Shown here piece after piece: positions 45,034 to 56,580 of a stretch of 64,000 nucleotides of DNA (the stretch's first letter is position 1; each line of letters begins with the position of its first letter). Source of the DNA: Anthoceros angustus (lineage: Eukaryota > Plantae > Anthocerotophyta); contig MU008166.1 in NCBI GenBank assembly GCA_010909165.1, positions 434,001-498,000 on the forward strand, given 5' to 3'. Under the pieces are notes generated by a model. The model searched no databases, was not told the origin of the DNA, and worked only from the letters and a program-made list of their open reading frames with translations. Both the position numbers and the translations under genes were made by a program.

Positions 45034-46222
45034 TCATCCAGTCAAATCCATGCCGGTGTCTCTCATCAGAGTGGAGAACTCTGTGTAATTCAATGCACCA
45101 TCCTTATCAAAGTCAAATCGCTCAAGGATACTTGACACGAGCTGCATCCAGAAAGGCAAGGTTGTTTCTTAGCATCTGAAATGATACGCTGACTGCATTG
45201 AGATCCTGTCAGACATAGGCAACCCTGTATGTAACCGTGCTCCCCACTTTCCTTTCGTCCGTGATTACATCACCAATCTACTCTCTGAAAACTTTCTGCT
45301 TGTCTAGTGCTGGGTCTGCCGTTGAATCCCCAACTGGTGAGGTCACTTACCCCTTCAAGCTGAGCTCGTGGAATTGGGTGAAGACTAGGGGAAGCGATCT
45401 GCATAGCAGCCTCTAGCTCTCCCCTAGATAACACTCCATCCGCATTATGGTCGTAGAAATCAAACAACACTGCATCCATCATTAAAGGGTGTGTCAGCCA
45501 CGAGGTGCTGATATGAAGTCGAGAGTGAATCCTATTAGACGCAGGTCTCTGGTACGCCCTGCACAGAACTATTCAGCTGAAATTCTGCGAAAGTCGTACC
45601 TCGAAGTAGAGAGCCCGGTGTGCCAGTGTCCCTGTAAGCTACCAAGGCTTCACAAATCTCAATAAACGTTGCTTTCCCATCGCCATTCGTATCTATGTCC
45701 CTAAAGAGCATATCTGCACAAAAGTTTCCTGCTGTTCCCGCAGACAACATGTACCTTTCAGACAAGGGACTGGATAAAATCGTTCAAACACTTAGTTTTT
45801 CTAATGACCTCTACTTATGCAACTGCAGCCCGTACAGGAGTTGACGAGATGAAAGTCTAGCAAGTAGGATGGGCAAAGCATTTTACATTTTGTGATCCCA
45901 GGAATTTTCTTGAAGCTGTCTCTCGTCAATCCGGGACCTTTTCCCTTGAGCCACAGGTACTTGCAGCTTGCGTCTAACATCTCCCATGGAAACACTGAAG
46001 GCGGAAACAGGCGCTATTACTGTACGTTCTCGCATACATGAAGTAGCCAGATCTAGCCAGGCTAAGTGGAGGTCTATGCAAACGAGGTATGAACTCCCCT
46101 GTTTGATTGATCTGCAACTACCGAAATTGGCGAGATATTGCAACCCTGAGGCTCGTTTAGTAAGGGAACTTACAACATGCTGGCCTCCAACTTCCTGTGA
46201 GACAAACTTGTTGATTCCCCAT
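45034..46222 (-). CDS. EF-hand calcium sensor, calcineurin-B/CBL/NCS-like, about 175 aa, about 5 exons
   Basis: Exons encode GLTRDSFKKIPG, LFRDIDTNGDGKATFIE (45731-45600), LFDFYDHNADGVLSRGEL (45469-45351) and LERFDFDKDGALNYTEF...* (45141-45034). The putative first exon MGNQQVC at 46222 is less certain. Confidence 0.75.
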
Positions 46223-47408
46223 AGACAGGCTATCTCCACATAATTTCCTCAGGCCGCGCACAAACTGACTTGCAGTCGGGTCACGGGAGCACCAAAATCC
46301 ACTGTTGTGTCTTCTCATCAACTCAACCAGCTCCGCATGTTCACAAGCCAGCCCTTACCAATGTCGCCATGCTTCTTTGCTCACCTGCCCTACAGCCTTC
46401 ACCTCTCATGTACCCGTGCTGGTGGTATTAGCTAAATCGGCAGGGAAAAATGTTCATCACACCATCCCATCCAGCAGGCCCGCTTGAATCCAGTTCCGTC
46501 GCTGCAGCAGGTAGACATTCTCAATCAGTCATCTCCATGCGCTTGCAGTGTAAGATGCTTTCTCCGTGGCGTGCATAAGGGAGACTATCTGATACCTCAG
46601 GCACTACAATGGCCTACGAAGTCTCAACCCTAGCAACTCCCCAATCATCCGCTGTTCCCTCTCTATTTCCCTTCTTCTTCCGTCCCATGTCTCTGTCTAA
46701 ATGCATGCCTGCTTGTGCAGAACCTCTCGCTAAGTCATGAGATGCATTTTATCCTGCTCTGTCCGGCGCATGCAGGTGCGCGACGTGCATGAGACAGACT
46801 CATCCCCTGGCAAAAAAGGACCCCCTCCCTCTCTACGTGACGTGGAGCATCTGCGATGCCAACTCAAAGAAGGCACATGCCAATCTGTCATAGTCCAAGC
46901 TCTGCACATCCTGCGACCCGCAGCACGTCTCCCGATGCCGAATTCCAAATCGCTCCGCAGACAGATGAGAATCGGTGCACGAGCCTGATGAATGGGCGTT
47001 CCAGCATCGGAGTCAGATGAAACTCCTCTTCTCGTCTGAAACCGTCGATTCCTGTGGCGCAGGGGAAAGTTCAGCCGGAGTAGCCCCTTTCACCTTCGCT
47101 GCAGCGGTTGGGCCGGGGGACGGAGCCCGTGAAACCGCTTACCCGGAGCTGCCGGTGTGAAAGGGGTTTGGGACGGAAGGAAGCCGCCGGGAAGGAGGGC
47201 GTGCCCTCCGCGGCGTGGCAGCAGCTCTGCTCGTCGCTTGCGTCCAGCACAAGCTCACGCTTCACGCACGCCTTGCCACGCCACGCCGTGTCCATGTCGG
47301 GCCACCTCGGCCATTTGGGTCACGGCTTCTGTTGCTTCCCTGCTGCATTTGCGCATTTCTGAGCCTGCGGTCTCGAGCTCTGCGCTATTCTGGTTTTTGG
47401 TATTGCAA

Positions 47409-49175
47409 ATGGCAGGGATTTGTTCCCCTCCGACTTCCAATGTCTCCTGTGGGAGGAATGTCTCCGCGTCTGCAGCGCGGAGCTCCGTTGCAAGGAATGT
47501 GGAGTGTTTGGTTTCCTTTCCTTGCACTGCATCTGCGAATTTGAGACATGGTGCAAGGCTCTGTGTGCGGCGGCAGGGGAGGGAGAGCTCGGGAGCTGGA
47601 TCTGGTGAATTGGCTTCTGGAGGACGGGGGAAGGCGTGGGGGAGAGCTGGGGAGGGAAAATGCGTGAGGGGATTAGGGTTTTCTGCTGGTGCTGTGGCGA
47701 CAGAGGTGGAAGAGGCGGAGGATGTCGGCCAGGAGCAGGGGGAGAGCAGCGGGAGGGCTGTGGGGGAGGAAGAGGAGGACAACCAAGAGGGGGTGCGGGG
47801 TAGTGAGAAGTTCTCGTGGAGGGATCACTGGTACCCGGTGTCGTTGATTGAGGATTTGGATCCTGGAATGCCAACTCCTTTCCAGCTGCTGGGGAGGGAG
47901 ATTGTGCTATGGAAGGACAAGGAGGGAAACTGGAGGGCTTTTGATGACAAGTGTCCCCACAGGCTGGCCCCGCTGTCCGAAGGGAGAATTGATGAGGACG
48001 GGTGGTTACAGTGCTCCTACCATGGATGGTCGTTCAAGTCCGATGGATCCTGTGGACGCATTCCGCAGGCAGCCAGTGAAGGAGTGGAGGCGAAGGCTGT
48101 GTTTGCCAAGAAAGCGTGTGCCGTTAGCTTTCCCACTCTTGTCTCGGACGGGTTGCTGTTTGTGTGGCCTCATGAGAATGGTTGGGAGAAGTCGGCTTCT
48201 GTGTCTCCACCGAAGCTGCCTCCAGCATTCAGTGATCCGAGCTATTCGACTGTCACGATTCAGCGGGATCTGTACTATGGGTACGATACACTGATGGAGA
48301 ATGTATCAGACCCCTCGCACATCGACTTCGCACACCACAAGGTGACTGGCAGGAGAGACAGGGCGAAGCCTCTCCCCTTCAAGGTTACAGATTCAGGGTT
48401 CTGGGGATTTGAGGGCTCGAACTCGGATACGCCGAAGATCACCTCCGGATTCTATCCTCCATGCTATTTCGAGAACAAGGTGGAGCTGCCTGTGAAGCTG
48501 CCAGTTGTTGGAGACCAGACGTGGGTAATATATATCTGCTCATTCAACATCCCCATGGCTCCAGGCAAAACTAGATCCATTGTGTGCAGTGCCCGCAACT
48601 TCTTCCAATTCCTCATGCCTGGCAACAAGTGGTGGCAGCTTGTGCCCCGATGGCATGAACACTGGACATCCAACAAGGTGTACGACGGTGACATGATCGT
48701 GCTCCAGGGGCAGGAGAAGACTTTTCTGGCCTCCTCCAGAACCTCTGGTGAGGATGTGAACAAGCAGTACACGAAACTGACTTTCACTCCCACGCAAGCA
48801 GACAGATTCGTGCTGGCCTTTCGGAAGTGGCTGCGGTCCCATGGAAAGGGCCAACCAGAGTGGTTTCCCGGCACGGAGCTCGCCAAGCCGCCTCCTTCCA
48901 CAGTGCTGTCGAAGCGGCAAATGCTTGACAGATACGAGCAGCACACTTTGGTCTGCTCCTCCTGCAGGAAGGCTCATGAGCAATTCAAGACCGTGGAGAA
49001 GCTGCTTTTAGGGGCCATCGTCCTGTTTGCAGCTACTGCAGGGGTTCCTCCAGAGATGTTTGCAAGGATGCTGCTTGCTGGTGCTTCCGTCCTGAGTGCA
49101 GGGCTCCTGTATGTCCTCAAGGAATCCGAGAAGAACTTTCTATACAAAGAGTATGTCCATGCAAAGATCGACTAG
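47409..49175 (+). CDS. PAO: Pheophorbide a oxygenase (Rieske non-heme iron), intronless
   Basis: Rieske CPHRLAPLSEG...CSYHGW, mononuclear Fe site ENVSDPSHIDFAHH, PAO-type HEHWTSNKVYDGDMIVLQGQEK, C-terminal CSSC and hydrophobic tail. ATG at 47409 begins a transit peptide. Confidence 0.95.
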   Translation: MAGICSPPTSNVSCGRNVSASAARSSVARNVECLVSFPCTASANLRHGARLCVRRQGRESSGAGSGELASGGRGKAWGRAGEGKCVRGLGFSAGAVATEVEEAEDVGQEQGESSGRAVGEEEEDNQEGVRGSEKFSWRDHWYPVSLIEDLDPGMPTPFQLLGREIVLWKDKEGNWRAFDDKCPHRLAPLSEGRIDEDGWLQCSYHGWSFKSDGSCGRIPQAASEGVEAKAVFAKKACAVSFPTLVSDGLLFVWPHENGWEKSASVSPPKLPPAFSDPSYSTVTIQRDLYYGYDTLMENVSDPSHIDFAHHKVTGRRDRAKPLPFKVTDSGFWGFEGSNSDTPKITSGFYPPCYFENKVELPVKLPVVGDQTWVIYICSFNIPMAPGKTRSIVCSARNFFQFLMPGNKWWQLVPRWHEHWTSNKVYDGDMIVLQGQEKTFLASSRTSGEDVNKQYTKLTFTPTQADRFVLAFRKWLRSHGKGQPEWFPGTELAKPPPSTVLSKRQMLDRYEQHTLVCSSCRKAHEQFKTVEKLLLGAIVLFAATAGVPPEMFARMLLAGASVLSAGLLYVLKESEKNFLYKEYVHAKID

Positions 49176-50196
49176 AACGCCTCTGCTGTGTACTATAGCC
49201 TGTAGTGTAAATGCTTGTTGTGTTATTTACGTGATTGTTCACAAGGAAGGGAGACTCCTCGGTTACTTGTGGTGGAGCTGGTAGACAAGAAAGATGCCAT
49301 AGCATATGTGCTATGTCGGACAGATATACGAGTGCCCAGGTGTGGGAGTAGGCGAAGGAAATGCAGACGTAGAAGATCATGTATGCACGAGTTTTCCCAA
49401 GTTGATCACTTTTAATCCAAAAGTCTTACGGAATCACAACTACCCAGTTATGTATAGTAGCTAGATACCAAAACATGTAAGTACCATCTTTGGATACTTA
49501 TAATACATAATTTAAAAACATTTATTCTGATTTTACTACCTATATTTTAGTATTTACTTGGCTAGGACTTCAATGCACCACCGGATTGACGTCAGGAATG
49601 CAAAGCTTCTTTCAAGTATTGTAAAGGTCGGATAAGAGGAGTACCCGCCATCCTGACTTGGCACAAGACTTTCAAGTGTCCATGGCTGTAGAGCTAGCAC
49701 AAGCCCGTGTGGGTAGATTCTCAGCAAGCCAATGCCGAGATGAAGGAATCCTTCGGGTTCACGGGTTGGAGCTGCTTGTGCTGGGAGGATGTCAGGTTAA
49801 TTACGGACACGCTCATCTATCCTGTGCTGAAGAAGTGTATGACAGAAAGTGGGTCTGACGCTCGGCTTGTGTTCAAGGTCCTGCTCTCAGAGGTGGGCAC
49901 GAATTAAATACATTTTTGGCTAATCAAGTCAATAGCACGTCTGCCTCCCATGGGAAATTGGGGGAAGCAGTGCAGACCTTTTGCCAAGCGAGTGCACCGA
50001 ATGCCTACATGATTGTGGTCTTCCATCATTTTGGCACATGCCCGTCATGGGCAGCCCAGGGAGGCCATCATACCGACAGTTGCGACAAGTCTGAAGGCAG
50101 ACTTCATCTCTGTCAGAAGGAACGCAAGTTTGTCTGCTCAAGGTCAGAAGGGAAGCAAGTTTGCCTGCTCAAAGGGTTACCAGGGACTACCCATTT

Positions 50197-50860
50197 GTAA
50201 AGGCCTTGTTGACTTCTCCTGACAGCAGATCGACGAGGAAGGTACCTACCTTAGAGCTTTGACATCCCCCTTACCAGCAGTCACAGGATCGATGGATGTT
50301 CGGCGGGGGGAAGTGGGCTGCCATTTTTTTCCCCAATTCCTGTGTCTTTGACTTCCAGGACCAAACAAAGCAACATAAAGATTATGGGTAAAGGCCTTGT
50401 TGACATGTCCCAACAGCAGATGGACGAGAACTATACCTAGCTTGGAGCTTGGACATCCCCCTTTAAGTTACCAGCAGCCACAGGATATGCGGCGGGGGGA
50501 AGTGTGTTGCTAGTGTTTTCCCCCGATTCTTGTCTCTTTGATTTCCAGCACCAGACAAGCAACATGCAGCTATTGGGTAAAGACAAGCAACATGCAGCTG
50601 TTGGGTAAAGGCCTTGTTGACATGTTCTAACAGCAGATGGACGCGAAACGTACCTACCTTGGATGTCCGAACGGCAAATGGCCGAGTAATGTAACTAACT
50701 TGGATGTCCTAACAGCAGATGGACGAGGATTGTAGCTAACGTGGAGCTTTGCCATCCCCCTTAGCAGCAGTCACCGGATGTGCGGCGGGGGGAAGTGTGT
50801 TGCCATTGGTTTCCCCGATTCCTATGTCTTTGACTTCCAGCACCAGACAAGCAGCATGCG
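50197..50860. repeat. Three to four degenerate ~190-bp tandem units, paralogous to 54380-54720
   Basis: Recurrent gtaaaggccttgttgac...acagcagatggacg...catcccc...cggcgggggg aagtg...cttccagcaccagacaagca, with units starting near 50197, 50388 and 50606. Confidence 0.8.
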
Positions 50861-50869
50861 CGTGTGACG

Positions 50870-51108
50870 TCTGAGAAGGAAAAAGGAAGATGTACACTTG
50901 GCAGGCATGCTGAGAAGCTAGCCCTGGCGTTTACTCTCTTGAACAGTCCGAGTGACACACCTCTGGTGGTAACAAAGAATGTGCGGATGTGCACAGACAT
51001 CAACCGGAGATCATGTCAAAGGTTGAAAAGAGAGACACTGTTGTGAGGGATGGGTTGGCAGTGTACATCGATTCACAGCTGGTTGTTGTAGTTGTAAGGG
51101 TGGACCGA
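50870..51108 (+). pseudogene. Isolated, frameshifted C-terminal fragment of a DYW:KP (GRP-type) domain
   Basis: tctgagaaggaaaa...gcatgctgagaagctagc... gives HAEKLALAFTLLNSPSDTPLVVTKNVRMCTD, then frameshifts, EIMSKVEKRDTVVRDG and ggttgttgtagttgtaaggg. It is collinear with 22280-22522 and no PPR tract lies upstream. Confidence 0.85.
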
Positions 51109-52395
51109 GAGAAACAAGAAGTACTGGCCATTGCTCAGAAGGTCAGATGTGTGTTTGCTTATTATTATGAGGGCGAGTTACGAGGGAAAACCAGCAGTTC
51201 CTCAACTGGTATACGGACAGCAAACTCTCACCTTTCCAGCTGGATTTGAAAATGCTCCCGTGAGGAGGGGCAAAATTCCCAGCACCGTGTCATGAAGCAA
51301 GACAACAGACTCTTCATCAAGCAACATAGCAGACTGCTCATCAAGCAAGACACCATAGTGTTCAGCATCAGGATGTCACCCGGCTGAAGAATTAGGGTAA
51401 CGTGTGGATCCTGGGCACTGATGAATTGTACTCTCATGAGGTCTTACACATGCTCCACTTGGCTTGGGGCGTGCTGCTTTGTTTAATTTCTCCCGGTAGC
51501 TGAGTCAGTTCAGCTCCAAGTTCCTTCAAACGCTTTTTGTGATCTGCGATCTTGATGTCTTGATGAGCATCATCTTGATTAAGCAGGAGGGGTCTTGCTG
51601 AACCAACATGGTGTAGCTCGCAACCTATGAACAAAGGAAGGGTCAAGGAAAACCTTGTCCTAGCCCAGAAACTCGTCACAATAAAACAAAGCTTCCATTG
51701 GTGCATATCTCTTGTTAACCGCTTCCCTTGTCGTCTTATCGGATGACTTCTCGTATTACAACTCAAGTGTTGCTGGCTCAAACTGCAGGACACAGTGGCC
51801 AGGTTGAAAACTGCAGATTCTGACCGAGTTCCTCCTCTCAGTGTACCACCTGCCAGGTGCCTCGGCTGCCAAGGGGAAACAGAGGCCTCCTGTTGCTAGT
51901 AAGCAAGAGCTAGCCATGGAGATCAGTCACACGAAGAGAGACCAAGCCTGCAATGCATCAGTTCAGCACGTTAGCTACAGGCAATGCGATGGAAAATACT
52001 ACTTAAAACAGGAAGACTCTGATCAACTTAGGTGCCCTGACATCAAAATTGATGAGTTCAATACACATGATGAACACGTTAGAGACAGTGTCCAGTACTA
52101 AAAAACTGAGAAGCTCCTGGCCAGAGGCATAGCGTGAGCTTTGTATTGCCTTTGTTGGGCTCAAGGCCTGGCCTGTTATATAGGGTTACTGTGCACCAAT
52201 GATCTCACTAATCTCGGGCGTGGCTGCTGCTGCTGCTGATGTGGAAATGTGTGGGAGGGAACAAGATTTTTTGAACGTCGCTGCTGCTGCTTTTTTGGAA
52301 CATAGCTAGCGGGGCGCTCGCTGTAGAGACATGTAGTGTAGATCGCTGGGATAGTTGATCTCACATCAACTTACATGTTCCTCAGCTACTTGCTT

Positions 52396-54070
52396 TCAGC
52401 TGCCGAACTCGAGCCAAGGATCCAGGCACTGGAAGGCCTTAGTCTCAAAATGCTGGGAGGGATAGGAGGGAAGCCACCTCCCAACCGCAGGCGTTTGACG
52501 CAAATCGACAGCCACGATCTTGTCCAGCTTCAACTTCATGATGCATACCTCCGAGTCCTGCCCCCCGACGACCCTCATGCCCTGGAAAATTTTGAACAGA
52601 GCTAGCTCGCACGCTTTAGAATCCCTACTTCTGATGAAGCATGGCTCCTCGCATAGCTCCTCGGAGCTTGAAGAATTTCAAGATGTAGATTTGCAAGTTG
52701 GGAGGCGGAGCCATAGCCAACAAGCTCCGGCTGGCCAGCTCCACATCGTAGGCCAACACCAACACATTGGAGTGGTTATGGCTTCCAAATGGAGATCTGG
52801 TAGGGCAGTAGAGCACAGAGCCCACAAACACCCCGGGCTGACCAAACCCGTTGTCGAAGAAGGCGTTCGTGGGCACAGCGGATGTTGTCACACTCCAGCT
52901 ACCCAGCGCCGGCAGCGGGTGGTGGCAGCCCAGCCATGGCTGCTCCTGTAGGAGCTGGTACCAGCGGTCCGAGGCCGGGTCGTAGACGCGGTGGACGAGT
53001 TCGAGGTCGGAGGCGCACAAGCCTGATACGCACAGGCTTCAACGTCTTCAGGCAGCTCGCTGCTTACAACGTCCTCCGCACCATCGGATCTCTAGGGATG
53101 ATCCTTGTCCTTGGTCATCCTTGCTTCTGTCGCCCCTCGCCCTGTCTGTTGTTTCTGACCTCGCCCTGTCTGTTGTTTCTGACCTCGCCCTGTCTGTTGT
53201 TTCTGACCTCGCCCTGTCTGTTGTTTCTGACCTCGCCCTCTCTGTTGTTTCTGACCTCGCCCTGTCTGTTGTTTCTGACCTCGCCCTGTCTGTTGTTTCT
53301 GAGTGGTAAGAACCTTGGACTCCTCAGTATGGTCCCTGGTCTGCGGTGTGCCGGCTCACTTATGGATATAGCATTTCGAGCTTGGTATAATGCCGATAAT
53401 TTCAATCTCGATGAGTTGCGGGATAGTGAAGAAGAAGATGGAAGAGCTGTTTTCTAGTTCACTCGGGATTGAAGGACGGAAATGGAGTGTTACACATGGA
53501 GATGAGTGAGATTTCACAAGAAATGGGTGATGGGTTTAGTCCACTAAGGAGGGATGACGGCATGGGATTGGAATGGAATATTACATACAGGACCAGCGAC
53601 CCCCGACACATGCTACCACATGCAGAGGTCTTGGTAAAACCATCCATTTGTATCATCGGATGCATGCGCATCTGGAGAAGTCTGAAGCCAGGACCAGGCC
53701 ATCTGTTTGTGGCAGTCCTAGGCCTTCAGGCTTGTGCTAGAGGAGCAGACTTAAAGACCGGGCACCTTCAGGCTTGTGCAAGAGGAGCAGACTTCAAGGC
53801 TGGGCAGGAGCTGCGTTAGGAAGCTCTTGCTCTCTACAGAGCTATACGTAAGAACAGGCATCCCTGTCTTCGAAGAAGGTACCGATGCCGGAAGGGTTCC
53901 ATAAGCAGCTTCATACACAAATAACAGAACGAGGGTTTCAGTCTACCGTCATTTTGGAGTCAGAACGTCAGCTTCCTTCTCAGCTCTATGGCGCCACATC
54001 TGGCAAGAGCGCCCAAGCCGCTGGCGTCGTTGAAGATGGTGGTGGCCACCAGCTCCGGATCCAGGCCCTG
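52396..54070 (-). pseudogene. Fragmented F-box/kelch-associated-like gene relic
   Basis: Minus-strand pieces: LDPELVATTIFNDASGLGALARC (F-box-like, about 54070-53980), RVYDPASDRW, GVFVGSVLYC and VLAYDVE. They are interrupted by stops and a minisatellite. Confidence 0.4.
53135..53302. repeat. 24-bp minisatellite, 7 copies
   Basis: cctcgccctgtctgttgtttctga occurs seven times with one substitution and no spacers. Confidence 0.97.
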
Positions 54071-55282
54071 GCTGGTAGGTTCAGCTCTTTCCCAATGGTT
54101 TGTTTCCCCTTAGGAAGAACCCGACAATGCTCTCCCTCCGATCTGTGAGTGTCTCTGAGGATGGGATTCTACTTGTTAGCAATTATGCTTGCAACTGTAA
54201 TGCTCAAGAGTAGGTCTGAATCAGATGTCGTGCTGATGAGCCATGGAATCAAAGTGCTTGCGACCCTCGTGGACCAGTCCCTCATGATTAAAAGGCAAGC
54301 CAAGCAAGTGACATCCCCTCAAAACAAGCTACTGCTTTGTGACCTTCATCACAAGTACCACACCCAGATATCATGAAACCTGGCATGAATCTTTCCAGTC
54401 ACCACATTTGGAATACCCAGCAATGAGGGCATGCGACGTCACCACATTCTTCGTGGTCATGCTGTCTGCCAGACCTAATCTCTGTCAGAAGGGACCCAAG
54501 TTTGCCTGCTGACTACCAAACTTTGTGACGGCCTTGTTGACTACCAATCTTGTGAAGGCCTGGCTTGCATGTTTGTCCTAGCTGCAGGTGGACGAGGAAT
54601 GTACCTAGCTAGAAGCTTTGAGATCCCCTTGACCAGAAGTCACGGGATGTTCGTGCCGTGTTGCCATTGTTAACTCCCTCACCCCTATGTTTCGTCGCTT
54701 CCTATGATTTCCCGCACCCGACATGGAACATGAAGCGGCTGTGGAATCGGATACGACAGATCCACAAAACCAATTTTTTACACAAAACAGTCTGATTAGT
54801 CCGCCGCCAACCTTGTGGTGGGCATGGGTAAAGGCGCCTGGGCCCAGGTGCATTCTGCTCCTCGCCGTTTGCACTTGCACCTTGTGCCCCACAGCGCACT
54901 TGGGGGAAAGAAACTGCCCTGAATTCCATTTTCTTCTCCTCAACAGGAGCAATATGGCACTCCAATCCGATCCTTGTCTGAGACGCATTTGTTTGAAAAA
55001 CTTAGAGCGCCCTGATCTTGTAAATTAGGGTATTCTCCGTAATACATATTTGTTCCATCTTGTGACGCCTCGTAATCCGCTGTCCGCTTGTGGTTTGTTG
55101 GGGATCGGGGCAGCAGCTGGACGGCAGGACGATGCTATGGTACAGGGGAAAATTTGAGCAACACTCGGCGAGGGTTTGATCGCGCACTAGCTATGGAGCC
55201 GGGAACGGGAGTGGATGGAGCGGGGGGGAGACGCAACGGAATCCAAAACGGAGGGGACCTGGAGGCGGGATTTCCCGCACCC

Positions 55283-56410
55283 TCAATCGGAGGCCACCAA
55301 GTCCCACAGATCGAAATGCCCGTTATCGTCGGTATCCGATTCCGTGTCCCTGTCCCTGAGCGACTGCGTGGCGGAAGAGACGACGGTGCAATCCGGGGGG
55401 TTGAGCGCCATGTTGGCCTCCCAGGGCGAGGCGAAGACATCCAGCCGCGGCGTCAGCAGCATTGGCGGCTCCCGGGGCCTGTGCGACTCGGAAGTGCTGG
55501 CCATCGTGATGCTCTCCACCAGGAGCGCGTCCTCGCTCAATGCCCTTCCCCCGATGTCGAAATTCGGCGACTGCACCCTCCTCCAGAACTCCTCCCCGGA
55601 CATACCCACCCGGAAGTTCCCGCTGCCGCTCCCGCTGGCCTCCGGGAATTCCACCTGCATTGCGCCTGCCTGGTGGAGTAGCTTTTCCTGCGCCGAGGCC
55701 TGGTTGAAATGCTCCGCGGTCGCCTTCCAGTCCTTGGGATTCAGCACGGCCCTGGCCGCTTTTTCCGCCTCCAGCCGCAGCTGGTGCGCGAACTGCGAGG
55801 ACACCTCCTCCTGCCGGCCGGGGATGTCGAACGTCACCCTCCTGCCGTCGGCATGGGGATTCCCGATCCCCGTGCCCTCCTCTCGCTCCTCCAGCTTCAT
55901 GGCCTGGGCCTGCAAATCACTATCGCCCACAACCGGGATCGGGATTTGCCGCTCCGGAATGGGGCTGGGCTGCACTGCAGGGCCGCGGCGGGGGCCGGGT
56001 CTCTCGCCCCCGGACTGGTCGCTGTTGCTGCAGCTCCCGGAGGTGGTGCAGGCGGAACGGGAGATGGTGGGCAGCGGCGCGGCCGTGGCGGCCGCCGCCG
56101 CGGCCACGGCCTGGATGTCCTCCTTGGACATGGAGGGGCAGGAGGCGGCGGGGGTCGGGCAGATGCGGAGCTCCTCCAGCATGAGGATGGAGGCCGGGAA
56201 GTTGAGCCGGGCGCTGCGGCCGCGCATGCACAGGGCCGCGGCGTCGTAGGCCCGGGCCGCCATCTCCGCCGTCTCGAAGCTCCCCAGCCAGATGCGCCCC
56301 TTGTTGTTCTGCCCCAGGAGGCGGATCTCCGCCACCCACTTCCCCCAATTGCGCATCCGCACGCCGCGGTACACCCGGGGCCTGCGCCCTCGCTCCCTGC
56401 TCATCGTCAT
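55283..56410 (-). CDS. AP2/ERF transcription factor, DREB-like, intronless
   Basis: AP2 domain [59 protein letters not shown], followed by [13 protein letters not shown] and an acidic tail ending FDLWD. First ATG is at 56410; the ORF-track start at 56431 is GTG. Confidence 0.93.
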   Translation of the reverse strand: MTMSRERGRRPRVYRGVRMRNWGKWVAEIRLLGQNNKGRIWLGSFETAEMAARAYDAAALCMRGRSARLNFPASILMLEELRICPTPAASCPSMSKEDIQAVAAAAAATAAPLPTISRSACTTSGSCSNSDQSGGERPGPRRGPAVQPSPIPERQIPIPVVGDSDLQAQAMKLEEREEGTGIGNPHADGRRVTFDIPGRQEEVSSQFAHQLRLEAEKAARAVLNPKDWKATAEHFNQASAQEKLLHQAGAMQVEFPEASGSGSGNFRVGMSGEEFWRRVQSPNFDIGGRALSEDALLVESITMASTSESHRPREPPMLLTPRLDVFASPWEANMALNPPDCTVVSSATQSLRDRDTESDTDDNGHFDLWDLVASD

Positions 56411-56444
56411 CGTCGCCTCTCCACCCCCCACCTGCTGCTCCGAT

Positions 56445-56580
56445 CCGAATCGCCCAACAAACGCAAGACCGAATCGCCCAACAAGTGCGAGACAGAATCG
56501 CCCAACACTGCCGAATCGCCCAGCAAGGCCGAATCGCCCAGCAAGGCCGAATCGCCCAACAAGGCCGAGTCGCCCAACAA
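56445..56580. repeat. Seven copies of c(c/a)ga(a/g)tcgccca(a/g)ca in the ERF 5' leader
   Basis: Copies start at 56445, 56469, 56493, 56511, 56529, 56547 and 56565 (spacing 24, 24, 18, 18, 18, 18). Confidence 0.9.

Noticed and set aside
53135-53302. CRISPR-like array (also considered for 9190-9432 and 63651-64000)
   Set aside because: Units are head-to-tail with no unique spacers, no cas genes are present, and the context is eukaryotic.
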